Positions 63,040-64,000 of a DNA stretch of 64,000 nucleotides are shown in pieces. Below the pieces are notes generated by a model. It was not told the origin of the DNA, made no database searches, and worked only from the letters and a program-made list of their open reading frames with translations. A program made the position numbers and the translations under genes. The stretch lies in sequence record OR896834.1; one strand, written 5' to 3'. Source of the stretch: Escherichia phage Baret. Every line of letters begins with the position of its first letter. Positions within the stretch are counted from its first letter, which is position 1.

Positions 63040-63057
63040 GCAGGGCAATTGCCCTGC
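63040..63057. repeat. 18-bp perfect palindrome
   Basis: GCAGGGCAATTGCCCTGC. Confidence 0.7.
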
Positions 63058-63063
63058 TCGCCT

Positions 63064-63267
63064 GAATGCGAATGATAATGAGAATCAATCTTATTTAAAA
63101 AGCGGAATGAGAATGATAATGATTCGCATTTAAGAAAGGGAATGAGAGCTATTCAAGAAGTGAAATGATTCTCATTTAAGAAAGGAAATGATTATCGGTT
63201 AGACAGTGGAATGCGAATGATAATGATTCGCATTTAAAAACGGAAGTGAGAAACACTGTTATTTAAG
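63064..63267. repeat. tandem array of ~30-35-bp imperfect repeats with internal palindrome
   Basis: About 7 units, consensus gGAATGaGAATGATAATGATTCGCATTTAAgaaag; inner inverted repeat AATGCGAAT...ATTCGCATT. Confidence 0.75.
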
Positions 63268-63360
63268 TTATCCACAGACTTATCAACAGCACGATTTGAC
63301 TTGACAGAATCCTAGCCATTTTGAGGCGTTATTAACAGACTTATCCACAGCTTATCCTAC
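63268..63360. promoter_or_regulatory. cluster of DnaA-box-like 9-mers
   Basis: TTATCCACA at 63268-76 and 63341-49 (exact consensus); TTATCAACA at 63280-88; TTATCCTAC at 63352-60. Confidence 0.6.
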
Positions 63361-63633
63361 TGTATAAATATACAGTATTCCTATGTAGTGAATAATTCTA
63401 ATATAGGCCTAAAACGTCCTGAATCGCATTCTAACGCGTTTAATTTTGATGGGGATACTAAAACAAGGGCAAAATTGGAGGAGGCTTAAAAATTAGTTAG
63501 CTTGCTAACGATCACACAAGGCGACATGTAACACCTTAATCATTAGCAGGCTAACCATCGCGGGCGCGGTTAAATGAGAATCACTCTCATTTGAGAATTG
63601 GGGGCACTCCCTGGTAGTTACGCCCCGTTATTA

Positions 63634-63828
63634 TTAGTCTGGTAGTCGATGCGTGATCTTTTCCTCCTCCCCGTAGGAATCCACCAAATGCTGATAATAA
63701 CCATCGGCATCATAAATAACGCTATCATATTCGCCACGCTCGACCGCTTGCCGATTCTCCGGCGTATCGGGCACGTAAAAAACATCAACCATTGTACTGA
63801 TTTTGGTTACAACAATTTTATTGTTCAT
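63634..63828 (-). CDS. hypothetical protein beyond the repeat region (64 aa from internal ATG)
   Basis: Minus-strand track ORF; start set at MNNKIVV preceded by AGGGG. Confidence 0.4.
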   Translation of the reverse strand: MNNKIVVTKISTMVDVFYVPDTPENRQAVERGEYDSVIYDADGYYQHLVDSYGEEEKITHRLPD

Positions 63829-64000
63829 AATAACCCCTAGTAAATATATTTTTGCCAATAGTGGCGAACGTTATCGCCACCAGCGGAATCATTTGCAGCC
63901 TCAACATTACCAGCGAAAATATATAATCTCATTGCGCCACCTTTCGAAACGCTGTTTCAATACTATCCGCAGTGGATTGAATATACGCGCCTTTCATTAT

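Noticed and set aside
63860-64000. Possible coding sequence at the right window edge
   Set aside because: No complete ORF with start and stop inside the window; cannot be assessed.

Overview
This window reads as the early region of a T5-like siphophage (Tequintavirus-type), assigned from gene content and promoter architecture alone; no database search was run. Layout: (a) 1-20.6 kb, minus strand: DNA replication and NAD/nucleotide module (SF2 helicase fragment, 855-aa family-A DNA polymerase, primase, HNH-AP2 endonuclease, DnaB-like helicase, NAD-dependent ligase split into two ORFs, PC4-like protein, origin-binding-like ATPase, HAD phosphatase, Sir2-like protein, class III RNR NrdD). (b) ~20.7 kb: divergent promoter hub. 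(c) 21-33 kb, plus strand: PhoH, NrdA/NrdB, DHFR, ThyA, RNase H, DEDDh exonuclease, secreted SleB-like hydrolase. (d) 33.3-43.9 kb: tRNA island with at least 26 tRNA genes (many with encoded CCA), interleaved with micro-ORFs and several ORF-free structured stretches. (e) 44-61.9 kb: many small ORFs including a GrcA homologue, a spanin-like overlapping pair, dNMP kinase, ClpP-like protease, holin and 137-aa endolysin, thioredoxin-like protein and two metallophosphatases. (f) 61.9-63.6 kb: repeat-dense noncoding region with DnaA boxes, eight GTCGGATTTGCACA-type repeats and a tandem palindromic repeat array, resembling the T5 injection-stop-signal / first-step-transfer boundary. About 33 near-identical sigma70 promoters (TTGCTA/T, 17 bp, TATAAT, then ATAAATTGATGAGAGG) punctuate the window. 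Most novel-looking items: the ORF-free promoter-driven units (candidate ncRNAs), oversized tRNA-like elements, a VbhA-motif micro-protein, and the repeat architecture at 62-63.6 kb. All tRNA and motif coordinates were derived by eye and may be off by 1-3 nt.
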